Of a DNA stretch of 64,000 nt, positions 24,796-39,979 are shown in pieces. How positions within the stretch are numbered: the first letter of the stretch is position 1; the number at the start of each line of letters is the position of its first letter. The stretch is from assembly GCA_037379345.1 (NCBI GenBank), contig CM074525.1, positions 1,497,170 through 1,561,169 on the forward strand, given 5' to 3'. The notes below the pieces were generated by a model, which was not told the origin of the DNA, did not search any database, and saw only the letters and a list, made by a program, of their open reading frames with translations. A program made the position numbers and the translations under genes. This DNA is from Perna viridis (taxonomy: Eukaryota).

Positions 24796-27700
24796 GTAGG
24801 TTGTGTCTATAGAAACGACTCATGTTGTTAATGTATAAATGTATTAATCCTTGAGGATGTTCCCATAATGATTGATATTCAGTGCATTTGAGGACGAGCG
24901 ATTGACCAATTGAACAGACTGAACTTTATACAAGTCCGACTTGCTGAGTCAGATCTTTATTGTGCTAGCTCACAGAAGCAACAGCCTGCCTACAGGCATA
25001 TCACCCCACAATGACACATTATTTTGACTCAGAGCCAACCAGCCATCACTCTGTCATTTAAGAGAGCATCCACACAAAAACCAGGCAGTGGGTGGTACAT
25101 GACAAATTTTGTTTTCAACAAATTTTTGTTTTATTTCATATTGCAAATGCATCCTTTCCCAAAGTTGAATGTTGGTTTTTGATTATCAGCAACTTGTTAA
25201 AGAGAAATGATTTATATAGAAAACACTGATAATCATTGAAAAGGGGAGATAACTTTCATTTTGTGCAAAATTTGATTGCTTTCTTAGGCAACTTTAAAAT
25301 GGTTTTCTGAGCCATCCATTGTCTATAAAAAAAAAACTTTGTACTATTGGACTTATATGTGATATAAACATTACATTACAAGAAAAAATTCTGTGGGATA
25401 AAATTTACCATGTACCATCCATATCATAGGAACTGCCTGGTTTGTAAATGGACAGTCTCTGAAATACCACATGCCTGGAGGAGAAGCAGTGACTACCAGT
25501 TTTAAAGTCTTTATTGTCACTTAGTTGACAACCCCCTGCTATCCCCCTCTGGAATCGCCACTGGACCTCCCACACTCAAAATGAGAATGCTACCCTGAAA
25601 CCACAGAGGTGGTTTGTGTCCATAATGAAGTCTCTTGCCCTGACCTTCTTGTCAAAATTGTCAATTAAAAGAGGAAAGCTGTCAACTAAATTCTATGATT
25701 TTACATTTTACCATGAGAACTTTGATTTACGTATTATTATCTTGAGTAGTTTGCCCCTCAAATTTGCAAGCCGGTTCAGAAGAAAATGTTTTCTCATGAA
25801 ATTGACCTGAAATAGGTAAAAAATGATTTTGTGACATAATTCATGCAGTATTCATGTGATTTTCAAGAGGCCCCAGGGACTCACTTATTATTACTGGAAC
25901 ATTGTTAAGTTGCCTGTAGATTTAACTTTTCACTCCCCTCTTATAGCCCTCCTCATGACCTGATTGACAAATGAGGAGTTTCCACACCTGTTAACCCTCC
26001 CTATTTAGGAAGAAGACTCCCTCTTTTGTGTCAATCTCCCTCTTTGAGAAAGTCTCCCATGTGGTAGACACAAATCTCCCTCTTAGCAGAAATATTGCAC
26101 ATATTATGTTCTAAATGACTTATTAAATTGATATAAATCAATGTTTATGTAACATGATAATCATTGAGAAACAATCAACCAATAATTTATCCATTAGTTG
26201 TACTCAAAAATTGATTAGAAACTCGAAGTAGATTAACAAGATTGTCATAGATTTTATATCTCTCTTATTTTGTACTTGGATTTCTAGCAAAATTATTTTT
26301 TTTCGCCAAAAAGGTCATCAAGCTAAATCTCCCTCTTAGAAAAGCTGAAAAGAGGGAGATCTCCCTCTTTGAGCTTTCAATAGGTTAAAAGGTATAATAT
26401 TCCAATATGAAAAGTGATTATGAGAATTTACAAAGCTTGTCAATTTCTTCTATGATAATGGATTGTATATAATCTCTATCATTCAGATTTGTCTAATTGC
26501 ACACCAATGTAATTAGTGTGGACTATATTGCAATCACCTTGTCCATCCATCTGTCAGTCAGTCTGTCTGTCAGTCAATTAACCTGTTACTTGCTTGTCTA
26601 AATTCTGTGAGAATTTGTAGGTGGTGCATAATTTAAATTATTGTGTTAGATTTCTCTGTTCCTGTTAGAGAGAATGCTTTGATATTTGGTTCTATGATTT
26701 TGCATGATTTTCAGCTTTGTCACTTATCTACTTCCTGTTTACTGCACAATTTAGTAATTAGTAAGGAATGCTTAAATAATTGACGTATTACTTTTGCTTG
26801 ATGACATGTGTACTGTGTCTCCTTCTTTTCAGGTTTAACACTTATCTTCTTCCTTAGTGGGGGGGGGGGGGGGGTCCTTGACGTAGCTCGCTGCCTTTTG
26901 TTTCAATTACTGTATTTGATTGATAAATACACACGAGAAATTTAAACACATCTGATGGAGGGTAAGATAACTCTTCAAAATGGGGAACTTTGTATACTGA
27001 GATTTCACCATCTACTTCCAGATCATATTGCTGTGCATGTAGCATTAACGAAAACACATCAAACCTAGAGCAATGCATCTAAAGTGTATATGTTGTGTGT
27101 ATGTTGATCAAGAACTTTTTTTCCAAGCTTTGTAATGATTTACACCTTCGAGACATCATTCACCCTTGGAATTCACAGTGAAATTAAAAAAAAAATAACA
27201 TATGAAGTCAGGCACTGATCCAAGGACTGGTGTGCCAGACATACACCAAGAATTGCCAAAAAAAAACGCTTTTGTATGCATAAAATCACAATTTTTCACA
27301 AATTTTCTTTAATTCTATTTACACCATTCCCCCTAACCTGAGACCCTGTATCCACCCCTGGAAGTAATGGAAACTTTAGAAGTGATTAGTATGACCTGAC
27401 AAAAAGGGACATTGTAATGATAAGTGGAGAACTTCAGCAGTTTTCAAATCTTATCAGACTACATATTTTACTATACCTGTTAACCAACCCACATTTGGGA
27501 GAGACTCCCACAAAATCAACAACCCACCTTTGGGGAGACTCCCACAAAATCAATGAACAATTTAGATTCTCTCACATGTAAATGTAAGATTTTTTGGGAG
27601 GTTTTTAATTTTGGTTAAAATTTCAATATTTTCTGTGAAAAATATTTAAAAATTGAATTTTTACATATGAAAAATATGCTTTTACATAAAAATCTCCTAC

Positions 27701-27834
27701 ATGAGACTTTGTCATTTGGGGAGTATGTCCCACATTGACTGTTCCAAATGTTAACAGGTATAAATTAACAATGGTGGTAAAAAAAGGTAGCAGGGATCTA
27801 CAAATAGTGTTTCGTTCTATTAATCATCTTGATG

Positions 27835-27970
27835 CCTGCATGAAAAAAAGTTCATTCTACAAAAATTCCTAGGCCACATAACTTACATGTAAGTTGAAAT
27901 GGACAATTTTCAAATTTACATGTTAGGTGGCTTGGGATTTTTTTGTTGAATGAAACTATTTTCATGCAGG
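27835..27970. repeat. Degenerate foldback / palindromic MITE
   Basis: cctgcatgaaaa..ttcattc..aaaaattcctaggccac versus gtggcttgggatttttt..gaatgaa..ttttcatgcagg. Confidence 0.7.
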
Positions 27971-30900
27971 GATGGAAATGATCAATTTTTTCAATGTTAA
28001 TATACTTGTTGAAATTTTGAAGAGGTTTGGTTTATTCAAGTTTTTCTGTTGTAAGTGAACAAGTTTTACAGTTGAGTTCACAGACATCTACTTATATCCT
28101 GTAACTAAGTACTCAGAGTAATGGGAGGTAATTCAATACTGTTTTATAAAGGGAGGTAATTCAATACTGTTTTGTAAAGGGAGGTAATTCAGCAAAAGAT
28201 AGTCTTTGTTAATTATGTCAAAAATTGAAGTACTGATTTGAAAGAATTTAATTGACGAAAGATTAATTTGAACATGTAGATTTAAATTACTTATAGAGGT
28301 ATCAAAAAGGAAGTAGCTAAATTGTAAAATTATTTAAGTTTGTTGCTAATATTAATTTGTCAGTAAGTTTTATTGATGGAATTTAATGATTTTTCAATGG
28401 TGAAATGATTTTGTGATGAATTATTCTCCAGCTTAATACTGAGATTAATATTTATCCATTTAAGATTGATTCTTTTTAGATTTGTTTCCCCTTCCTGCAC
28501 CCCTGTATTTCTTAAATGATCGATTCCATTCAGTATTAGGCCAATGTGTATTGTATACCATATGGGCCATTTGTCATACCTTGAATATCGTCTTACATAT
28601 AGACAAATATTTAAAGTCTAATTTGAATAAACCCCTATCCAAAGTATACAAGGAAAGAAGACTATAGAATTAAAATAGAATAAATCACGTCACCAAATCT
28701 GATGATAATTATTGTGGACAAATTTTGACAGGGACAAGTAAATACGTGCATTGCAATTTTTTATCTCAGAGAGGTAGTTTTTGTAACATTATCTCCCTTC
28801 GACAAGAGAGACAGTGGGAAATGGGATGTATTAAGTAATAATCTGAAAACTCCTCACACTTTAGGGGAGATTATCTACAAACAGATTACCTGTAGATTAA
28901 GGTGGATAACCTGTGGTTTAAGATGGATTACCTGTAAATTAGGGGATAATCTGAAGCAGATTTAAGATTGTTTTATAAGTTTGTGTTGATTGATTAATAA
29001 ACTTCTAAACTATGTGTGTTTTGTGAATGAGTGTTTTTAAAAGTTTGCACGATTGAAATCTCCTATGATTATATTTTTTAGTGCTGTTTATTCCATTGAT
29101 AGAAATCTGTGAGGGAAATGCATGGACAAATATTTGTTGAAACTGCAAGAATAAATTAATCCTTATTGGGAAATTGGAGCCCTGGATTCTGTACCACTGA
29201 TATAAACATAACGCTCAATTTCATAAGTGCTTGAATTAATGGCTACACATATTAATTTTGAAGGAATATTGAATTTTTGCAATTAAACAACGGTGCACTT
29301 TATATGCCTTATTGATTTTAAATTCAAGGGAATAAATATTGAAAATTGTTATTGAAATAACAGAATTGCACTACAGTGCTACATTTGAGAAGGTAATTGT
29401 ATAGTAATATAAGATTGACTTCTTGAGAATTTAAATGTAGCTATTCGATAAACTGATAAAGAACCCAGGGTACCAACGACTATAATTTATCACCGAGTTG
29501 TATTGTGACCTTTGGTTTTTTTCTGTGGTGTTGTATCTAAGTGCTGAATAACTCAACGTGATTACGAATATCAAATCTTTACAATTTTAACCTGCAGACG
29601 TTGTGTGTAACACTTTGGAGTTTGTGCCGTCTGCTGGATGCTTTTTTGATAATTTCTTTTTTACAAATTTTACACACTAAAATTCTTAGTGTTGTGCCAT
29701 CTGCTGGAAGATAATTTTTTTTATTTTTAAATGTCTGCCTGTGATGAGTCTGTAAATTCACAAAAGAAGATGAACCCCCTACTGGGTAAGGATTAAAGTT
29801 TGTTTGGATCCTGACATATTTGTTTGTCTATTGTTAGCTATTTCTAAGGAGAGGAAAATATTTTGGTGAAGCAGCAATGAATGAATTATTGTATGGATTT
29901 TTTCGCTGTTCGTAGCTATTCATCAAATTGAATACCATAGTCTCCTGCTTTTCATGAGTTTAAAGTAATCGAACACAAGTGGAAGACTATTTTATAGTGT
30001 CTATATTTAGTATCAAATTGGAACTAAAAGTGCCTTAATTTCACATCGATTATTTGTTTGGAATTTCCTGCAGATTCAATTCAATCTCAAATTCAATCTT
30101 CTAAAAGGTCTTAGATGCCCATTCTTTTACTAAGACAAACATTCATCGGAGGTGATTCTGATCATTATCTTATAGAAGCTTGGTTGCTAAGAGACACAGA
30201 TGCTACAATTATAGCAGAAATAATTAGAGATATTAACCCAAACTAAGCTGTTCTGCATAGAATCTGCAAGACAGGATATTAAGTCGTTACCTTAACGATT
30301 TTATACATATGCAAATTAGCTGATGGCCTTCTACGACTTCTAAATTACCATTGATCATATGGTCGATTTTGTCATTCATTGAGATAAGGTAGAATTTCAA
30401 TTAATTGGTTTCGTCTCATTAAGCCGTCTCTGTTTCGAAAGTCTTGAAAGTATTGGAGATTGATCAATAGCTCGTAAACAATTGCACGATACTTGTATAG
30501 AATTTCTGATACTCTTAGTGGCAGACGATAATAGATTTTGATTTCTTGACTTTAATAACAATGCCATTAGTTTAAAGCTTGTCAAATATAAGCAAAAAAT
30601 TCCAATACCTGAAGTTTACAGTCAATCTAATAAATTCAATGTGGCTTTATATGTGAAATTCTGTCAATATCTAATACAACTAGATAAAATTGATGAAACT
30701 TTGTCTTAAGACTTTTTAACCTGTAAATTGTGTCTTTATATTGCATTATTGCGTGACGTTAAAATAATTGTAAGTTCATGATCAATTTACCTTGTTTTGT
30801 AATAATCCTAACGACTAACAGGCAAAAAGTGTCATCTTAATCAATAAAGTGCTCAATGCCTGTCAGGAATAAGTGGTAAAGTACAAACATTCTTATGATC

Positions 30901-32877
30901 AAGATTCATCAAATGGATCCATTTTTGACTTTTTGAGGAGTTTTTATCACAACTGAATTGTCAATAGCTCTGTTGTGTGGTATAATCTCATAATAGAGGA
31001 TTAAATTTGTTTTAATCCTGATTTGACGAATTTGGAATTTTTGTGGAATTATTGTTTCAAGGAGGATATTTATGCAGTTTGTTTATTGAAGAAAAAATTG
31101 TGAATTTTTGAGCTGAAATTCTTCATTGATTGAAATTGGAGAAATATAGGAGATTCTCTGTGATCTTAGAAAATCCATTGAGGAACTTTTATTTGATGTG
31201 AAGTGCTGATTTCTTACTGTGATGACAACTGAAAGAGGTATACAAGGATAGAATTGAAGAATATTATATTCTTAATCATTCTGATAAAGGAAAAATTCAT
31301 TTTTGTCTTTATTAAAAAGTATTGATTTTAAATTGACATTTTATAAAATGTTGCAAATCCAATCTTTTTTTATTTATGAAGAATAGAGGTTTTTTTTAAG
31401 AATTACTATAGAAATATTTCTAATGACTTCTTCTTAATGACCATATCTTCAACTTTCCCTTAAAACTCATGAATATGCTGGGGTCCAACTTTACTTTCAA
31501 GAGTGGTAGGTCTTGGGTTTTTTTAAGTATTAAATAAGAAGTCCATGTGAGAAAAAGCAAAAGTCTGCATTATGCTATTTTTGTTTTGTCTAAGCAGAAA
31601 AGATTTAAAGTTAAGGAGAGCATCACCAAGACATTTGTAATGAGACTTAAAAAAACATATATAATAAAAAGATTTAATAAAAAATACAGTCCAGCCTGCC
31701 TTAGTGACCACCTGTTTTAAGCAATAACCTGTCAATATAAACTTTACCTGTGAAGTAAAACCACTTATCTTATATAATATATATATATATATATAATTAC
31801 TTCGCTTTCAAGTTGAAAATTACTTAAGACTTGTTTTACTATATTATTTCATCTGTTCAAATATATTGTAAAATGAGAATTATTACAATTAATATTCAAA
31901 AAAGGATTAAAAAAATAACAAGATAAAAGAGAAATTAAATGGTGATGTAAACATAAAATAATAAATGGCAAGAAAACAAACAAACAAACATCTGAAAGAA
32001 GAGAGAAAAAAAACAGAAAATAAGTTCTCATGAAAATAATGTAATAAATTTTCACATATTTATAGGTGGATCCGACGATGAGATCCATCCTTATTTTTGC
32101 TTGAAAAGTTTGGAAGATTACATTAAGCCAAAATAAAAAATATCCCAGATTCTCATTCCTTCCCAACCCAATTTTTTCACCTTCCCTAAAAGATTTTATT
32201 TTGCTTTTTTTCTGGTTTAGGTCAATTTCTTTCACATCGACAGCATTTTTCCCTTAAATTGATAAAATATAAAAGATAGAATTGCCCACCATGCCTAATT
32301 TAGATGTAGGATGAAAATCTAGGAATTTTTTATGATCGCCTTACATAAAAAAATCACTAGAAGTCAGCCCCCTTTTTTAAAATTTTTTTGTCTTTGTGTA
32401 AGGGAAATTTTCTTGCCTTTGTGGCAAGGGGCATTTTTTTGCCTTTGTGGCAAGGGGCATATAGTTATGTATTGTTTAGCATGGGCATTTTTTTGGCAAT
32501 TCTGGCAGTGGCAGGGGCTTATAATTTTACCTTTCCGCTATGGGGATATTACAATATAGTTTTGCTTTTGTGGCAGGGGCGTTTACAAATATGTTCCTAT
32601 TGCATTACCATGTCTTTATGAGAGTACCATTTAATTCAGAAGTGGAGGTGGTGGTAGCAATTATTTTTGGGATTAGAATATTTATTTTCAATAACATATG
32701 GCAAGATAATTTCCTTAACACTGTATGAAGTACCTGAAGTTTATTTTCTAGGAGGTGTAGGTCAAAATATTTATTTCAACTTGTACAGGGCTAGAATCTT
32801 TATTTCTCAAAATAATTAGCCCCCCCAAATAAAATGGGTTGTCCAATTGATAAAAGGACAATCAGTGTTTGTAGTAA

Positions 32878-33248
32878 AATGAAACTTATCTAAACCAATC
32901 CCCCTCTTGGACTGTAGGTTATGTTTGGATTAAACAAGTCTGAAACTTGTCTAAACCAATCCTCCTCTTGGACTGTAGATTATGTTTGGATTAAAGAAGT
33001 ATGAAACTTGTCTAAACCAATCCCCCCTCTTGGACTGTAGATTATGTTTGGATTTAACAAGTCTGAAACTTGTCTAAACCAATCCCCCTCTTGGACTGTA
33101 GATTATGTTTGGATTAAAGAAGTATGAAACTTGTCTAAACCAATCCCCCCTCTTGGACTGTAGATTATGTTTGGATTTAACAAGTCTGAAACTTGTCTAA
33201 ACCAATCCCCCTCTTGGACTGTAGATTATGTTTGGATTAAACAAGTCT
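32878..33248. repeat. 60/61-bp tandem repeat x6 inside a gtaaaa..ctaaacc / ggtttagacaggtttt..tgta MITE
   Basis: Unit tgaaacttgtctaaaccaatccccctcttggactgtagattatgtttggattaaacaagtc; MITE right end near 33327. Confidence 0.9.
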
Positions 33249-34608
33249 TAGGTTTACTCAGTTGCACAATACATTCAAATTGACTCAAATTGATTGAAAA
33301 CTAATCTGGTTTAGACAGGTTTTCTGTATATTTGGGGTTCAGTTTAGTGAGTTATTCTGTATGATTTTTGCCCAAGTTATAATTTAATGTCATTTTATCC
33401 AACTTTAAAGACCTCAATTTAAAAATGATTAGTACTAATATTCTCTTGTATTGGACTTATTTAGTCAATACCTCTATTGAAACGGTTGTCTGCGGTGATT
33501 TGAAAATAACAACTGATTTAGAAATTAAATATCGGCTGTCATTGTGATCTACAGTCTGAATTTCAATATTTAATTCAAGTGCAAGTCAGAAACATGCAAT
33601 GGGTCACAGAAGTTTCAAATATCGTATTCATCTCCATAACAAATAAAAAAAATCTACTTTAATATTCCCCGCTGGATTTACTTGCTATGTAACCTATTTA
33701 TGATACATTATTTAATTGACCTCCTTTAATTAAAGAACTACCCCCCTTTTTACAGCAGAACAAAATGCAGTATAATGTGAAAGTACTATTTTTTTGTGGG
33801 GTACCAATTTTCATGGATTTCATGGGTAAGGTAAACCATGAAATTTGATTCTAAACAAAAAGGATTATTTACATTAAATTGTATGACAGTATCATCAAAA
33901 CTAAGAATTCAGGAATTCATGGACTTGTGCTTTTCCCCAAAAACCTCAAAAATTGATACCCACAAATATATAAATACTTTCACACTATTACACACATATT
34001 GCCTGCAGCTGAAAGTGGTATACTAAATGACCAGACAAAGGAAGAATATTGCACGAGACAAAGTTGAGGGTGATATTCTTTTCTAATTGTTTAGATCTAT
34101 TACACCACCCTCAGGCAGTATGTGTTATATCATACTGAATATCACTAAGTTCCGTCATGTTAGATAAATTTTTTAAAGATCTAAAGTACAATTCTTTAAT
34201 AGAAGCTGGTGGAATTATCTCACTCCTCTTTCCACAATTGTTGTGTCTTCTTTGCATTGTTATTTACCAAAGTCACTGATAATTTCTTAGTGTACATTCT
34301 TTTCCACGTTTCACAGTAGTGTTAAAAAAGTGTCTGTGTCATAATTTCTGTCCTTCGTGGGTCAGAAAATGCATGAAATTCTGTAAAATTTGATACTTGA
34401 AACAGGAAAGCATGATGGTAAATGCATTAAAATGAGGGGTCAACTCTCATTGCAGAGATGAATAGAACATCCAAAATATAGGTTTTTGCAGTTTTTTGGG
34501 TACTTTCCCAGATAATGGATTTCATTAATTTTCATATCTTGATATGATAAGGAAAAAAGTCACTGACAGTGGTAGACTCCGAGGGGAGGTAGATAGGATG
34601 TGCATCCC

Positions 34609-34639
<31 letters not shown>

Positions 34640-37600
34640 AAAAATCCCATCTGACCTGAAACATTGAAAATGGCCCTAACTGGTGATTTTTAAATTTAAA
34701 CAAATAAAAAGCTGAAATTTTAAAGGGATGGCCTGTTTAAAGAAATCTGTAAATGCTCATTACAATATTAATTAAATATACCTCTCTATATGGAAATACA
34801 ACACTGTTATATTTAATGAATAAATCAAATATTTTTTTTAGTCTATGGCTTCTCTAAGGATAGTTCATACTAAATCAGTTTAAAGATATGAATACATTGT
34901 AAATTTCATGTTTATTTGGCCCCATGCAGTGACATTAAAGGTCACTGAGGTCAACATTTTTAAATTGCAGAGCAATTTTTTGGTTCAATGCAAGTTAGAG
35001 TTAGATTTGCCATGAGACTTGAAGTTGATTTCATCCTTTTTATTAGCAACTGACAGACAGACTAAGTGAAAAATATAGGTCACAGCATCCTTGGTGTGGG
35101 GTCGTAAAACACATTTTTATTATTAAGTTGTTTAATGAGTCTATATAATGAAATATATAATTATTCATTCCAATCTGTCAGCTCTTAGTAGATAATCCAC
35201 ATTGAACATCCTATCAGAATATATTTTATTTTAATGTCATTTACAGAGTTATCTCTCTTAATTTTGAATTTTACAGTACATTATATATATTTTTTATCTC
35301 CTAAGAACAAGGGTTATATGAAAAGCCACATGTTAATTTCTGTTTACTATAACATTTTACACAAAATATCAAAAATAAAAATATGTAGACTCTCCAACCG
35401 TGAGACTTATTTTGCATGATTCTTAGCTGGAGAACTACTAAATTAGCAAATTGGTCATTTTTCATGGATATTGTGAAAAAAGGTAAATTTTTGCATTTTT
35501 TGATTGGTATATATACATGTATGTGTCTTTTTCACATTTTCATCCCTAAAAAATCGCTCTACATGCAATTTCCAGGAGAGATTCGTAAAGTTTCAAAATG
35601 GGGTTATAGAGGGGTTTAAAAAAAGAGGTGGGTTCCAGGCTAACTGCCACTTGCCAATTTTACACAAAATTAACATAACTTTCTCACAATAAAAAGGGGA
35701 GGGGGTTCAACCCACAAAATCCACACTTTCCTCTAGATCCACAACTTTACTTTGAGGAAGAAAAAAGAACTGCACTATTATCATTGACAGCTATTGTTTG
35801 TGTAGAATAGTTGTAGACAATAAAGTTTTTGAATTATTAAGTCCATTGGGTCCAATACTGCCTAAGTTGAATAATAGTTTAAAGGCAGATACCAGTCAGT
35901 TGTACATGTATTTAGGGTTTAGTTTAAACAGGTCTGAATCATCTGTACATCAGAAAGCTTGGAATTTCAGTGAGGGATTCATGGGGTTCCGCGTTTTTTT
36001 GGGTAAATTTTGGTAATTCCCTGCATTATGTGGACAAAATATAGCAAATAATTGCCTGGAATGCCCATTTATCTTCAGCCCCCTTTTTAAATTCCTGGAC
36101 TCCCTCCCCTTGAATTTGTACTCTTTTATTTCTAGTTATCGATCTTCGTCATTTTTGTAAATTTCTTTATAAACTTCCATTTATTTTACCCACCTTACCC
36201 AGAATTTAGTTATTAAATTCTTTTTGTGCTGGGAATAAAAAGATTTTTGAACAATACTCTTTATTAAACTTTACTTTTGTTGAATTTCTCATAAGATATT
36301 GATTTGTTAGTGTTGCTATTTGTAGGTTGAAAAATAGTAACAATCCAGATTCCAGGGGTCTGTGTAAGGGGAATATTTCCATTTTTTTAATTGTGGAGGT
36401 GTAAGGGGAATATTTCCATTTTTTTAATTGCGGGGGGCAGTGTAAGGTGAATGTTCTGTATTTTTTTTTTAATTATTAACTAAAATTTGATTATTTTTAT
36501 TTTTAATTTGTCTGGAGGAGGGGGCAGTGTAATGTGATTACTACAGTAAAACCTGTCTGAACCCTTACTAAGCTGGATACCTGTCTAAACATACATCTTC
36601 TGAAGTCCCTCTACATCTATTTCAACAGGCATAAATCAAACACCTGCCTTAACCAAACACAGCCTCAAATGTGTTCAGTTTAGTCAGGTCTCATTACGGT
36701 GTATCCATCCACACCATGAGAAATGATTTGTTCACTGTGTCATAGTTTTCCTTTCCTCTTTAATCTACCCTGGACTTTACTCTTTATGAGCAACTCAGCA
36801 AGTGTTACTTGAAAAGCACCTGGTCCATGCTCCCAGTTTTTAGTGGAGTCCAAGTTTCTCATTTGGTTTTGTTTCTATGTATGCATTATGTTGGTTATTT
36901 CATGTTCTTCATTGTAAATGTCTGTTTTCCCTGTCTGGTCTTTATCTCTGGATTGCATTCTTTTGATTTCCACTAGAACCTTGGTTCCCTTGATTACTCT
37001 TTCACTGTATAAGCTTTTCCTAAAGTTTCAAAAACAACATCTTCATGAATCTTATAAAATATGATTCAATGCTGTGAAAGTACTAAAATTCATGGATACC
37101 AATTTTCGTTGATAAAGGAAGGAACAGAAGTTCATGGATTCTTGAATTCGTGGATTGGAGTTTTTCAGTATACACATCCATGGAAGTCTCCTTTCTGTTG
37201 GGAGCCAACTTTTGTTGTTTGGCCTACCCACGAAAAACCATGAAAATTGGAACCCCACCAAGCATAGTACTTTCACAGTAATTCTCGTGAACTCTTTATT
37301 CATATATAAAAACTATATGTACTTGTAAAATACTTTGTCATCTTCCTAAATCACTCGTTCCTGTTTAAAGACTTGGTATTTATTACCCCTATCTTCAGAT
37401 GTTCAATATTGTTTTTTCAATCAATTCAAGATTTATACCCTATCTGTTTGTTTTGTGTACATAATGTCTTAAAGGACAAACGATCGCTGTTAGGGAGAAT
37501 TTGCTTGTTGTTATGTACGACAGTGGATTGTAATGGGACTATCATAGCTTTTAAATCTTTTGTGAATTGTGAGATATTGAGTGGAGTGATTAAAACGGGA

Positions 37601-39455
37601 TTTGTTAAGAGATATGGAAAGCCTTGTAGGATTGAAAAGAACAAAAATATCAAATAAGGGCTGGGAGGGGGGTTGTGAGTGGGGGTTAATGTCAGGATGA
37701 TTTATTATGAATCTTGTACATCTAGTTTAGAAAGAGCATCTTGTACACATGTGCATTTTGTAATGAAATTTTGAATAATGAGCATGGGGGAGATTGTGGA
37801 GGTTCAAGACATCAGCATAATTCATATATTTTTAGAGCAATTCTAGATCATCTGCCCTTAAAGTAAGAGTACCAGTACTTGTATATGTTTTGCTATAGTA
37901 AGATTTATCACTGGTTTTTAGATGTGTTTACTTCTACAGATTTTCCGTATTTACTATGGATTTTGACTGCAAATTATGCTCTACGGATTGTGAATACCTC
38001 CATAGTACCTTTGATAAAATTTCACAAAGTTCAGGATTTTACGGATCATTTCCATAGAGTCCGGTGAAAAATACGGATTGTCACCAAGTAGTATAAACAG
38101 ATCAGGGTTTTCCTGTAACAAACCATGCTTCAATTTATAGAGAGAGATAGTCATTGTTTTCATTGAACAGAAATTACATTTTGTGGAAATTTATTCTTGA
38201 GGAGGGAGCAGTGTTAGGTGATAAGTGTATCCAGATGAATGTGATTAATCACCTATCATTGTTCTGTTTTGTTTACTGCTGTATTATGAAGATAGTTTGT
38301 TTTGGTTTTCTTGCCATATGAATGAAGATGAAATGCATGATGAATTTAAAAAGTCTCTCTCAATAATTTACTTAAAATAAAGCTTTGAAAAAAATCTTAT
38401 TATGCATAAATATTGAACATGAGTTGCAATTCTTTATTTAGATTAATTAAAAAGTTGACCTCAATCATTCTTCAGACTATCAATACCCTTTGCTAAATAT
38501 TGTCTAAAATTATTTCTAATTTAGACATTTTTAAATTTTGGATTTTAAAGTCCAAATGGGTTTGGTTTAGATGGGTTTCATTGCATATCATAAATAAGTA
38601 CTTGTACTTGTATAAACTATTTTTTACAATGACACATACATAAGATGATATACAAATTTATAGCTATTTATTCCAAAAAACAATTAATTTTCATTCTTTT
38701 TCTTGTAACATATTTCGAAGGTCCAGTGAACTGCCACTAGACTAGTAATCCACCAATTTGCTTATTATTTTCATTGCATAAGATATTTACAAGTTTTTAA
38801 AAGGCTAGGTATAACAGAACAAAAGAATGACTTATGAATTATGAATAAAATCTTCTACCATGATAGTTGTACAATTGAAAATCTTTTATATTCATAAATA
38901 GGATATTTAAGTAAAGGTTCGAACTGATAATAATAACTTGACATAATATATAATTCCTTAACATTCCTGTACAATTATTCCTGTCAATAAAACTTATCTT
39001 TTGAAATTCTGATTGATTGAATTTCTTTTCAATCATTTAAGTGGTGTTTTTCAATGTAGCTGTTTGATTTCATTTGAAGTGGCATTTTATCACATTGGAG
39101 ATTTCCTCTATTGTAGCATTATACAAAGTGCTCTCAGGTGCCTGAAGAAACAAAAAATATTGCACTTTGTAAACTTTTGAATCAAAGACTTTTTTTGTGG
39201 ATTATTTACTTATACACATTGACTGAGAACTTTTCCTATTTGGAATTAATCTGCTGTGCTCTTCAAGGTTGCAAACTGTGAAACGAACAATCTTACAGAA
39301 TTTGAAACGTTCTTCAAATTGACAATTCGTAGCTTGGATTTAAAATAAGCACAATGTTTCCTGTTGAAGTATATTTCTCAGTGTTTTGAACATATATTGG
39401 AAAACATTTAACCTGACCTTGACCTACAAAAAGGCCACAACCTCACTGAACCATA

Positions 39456-39539
39456 ATGGCTGTTCAGCTAGTACAGTACATGGACTTGAGACAAGCCATT
39501 GATATCAATCCACCGAGCTACCACATCATTAAAATTCAG
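39456..39539 (+). CDS. Candidate first coding exon (MAVQLVQYMDLRQAIDINPPSYHIIKIQ)
   Basis: ataATGg context, in-frame TGA at 39447, strong donor CAG|gtaagc, phase 0 matching exon 43321. Confidence 0.6.
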
Positions 39540-39979
39540 GTAAGCCAATGGAATTTGTCAATATTGAAAAGGGGTGGAGTCTTATGCTGAACTGACCAAT
39601 AAGAGTATCATATGGGTGTGTCCTCCATGACAAATAATTATCAAAATTCAAATAAGCCAATGGAATTTGTCAATATTGAAAAAAAGGCAGTCAGATGTTG
39701 AACAGACAAAATAGTATCATATGGATGTGTCCTTGTATGGCAATCCATTTTTCAAGGTCAGGTAAAGCAAATGAACATTTATGAGGTTTGGGTTTTCAGA
39801 AGAACTGACCAATTTAAGTTTCATGTGGCCATTCATTAACAATATGTGATTTGGAATCAGGTAAGCTAGTGGGATTTGTTAATATTAAAAAGTGCATGTT
39901 CTGCAGTAGAACTGACCAATGATAGTTTCATATGGGTGTGTCTCTCTAAAAGAAGTTGAGCAATGGTAAAGGGAGGATA

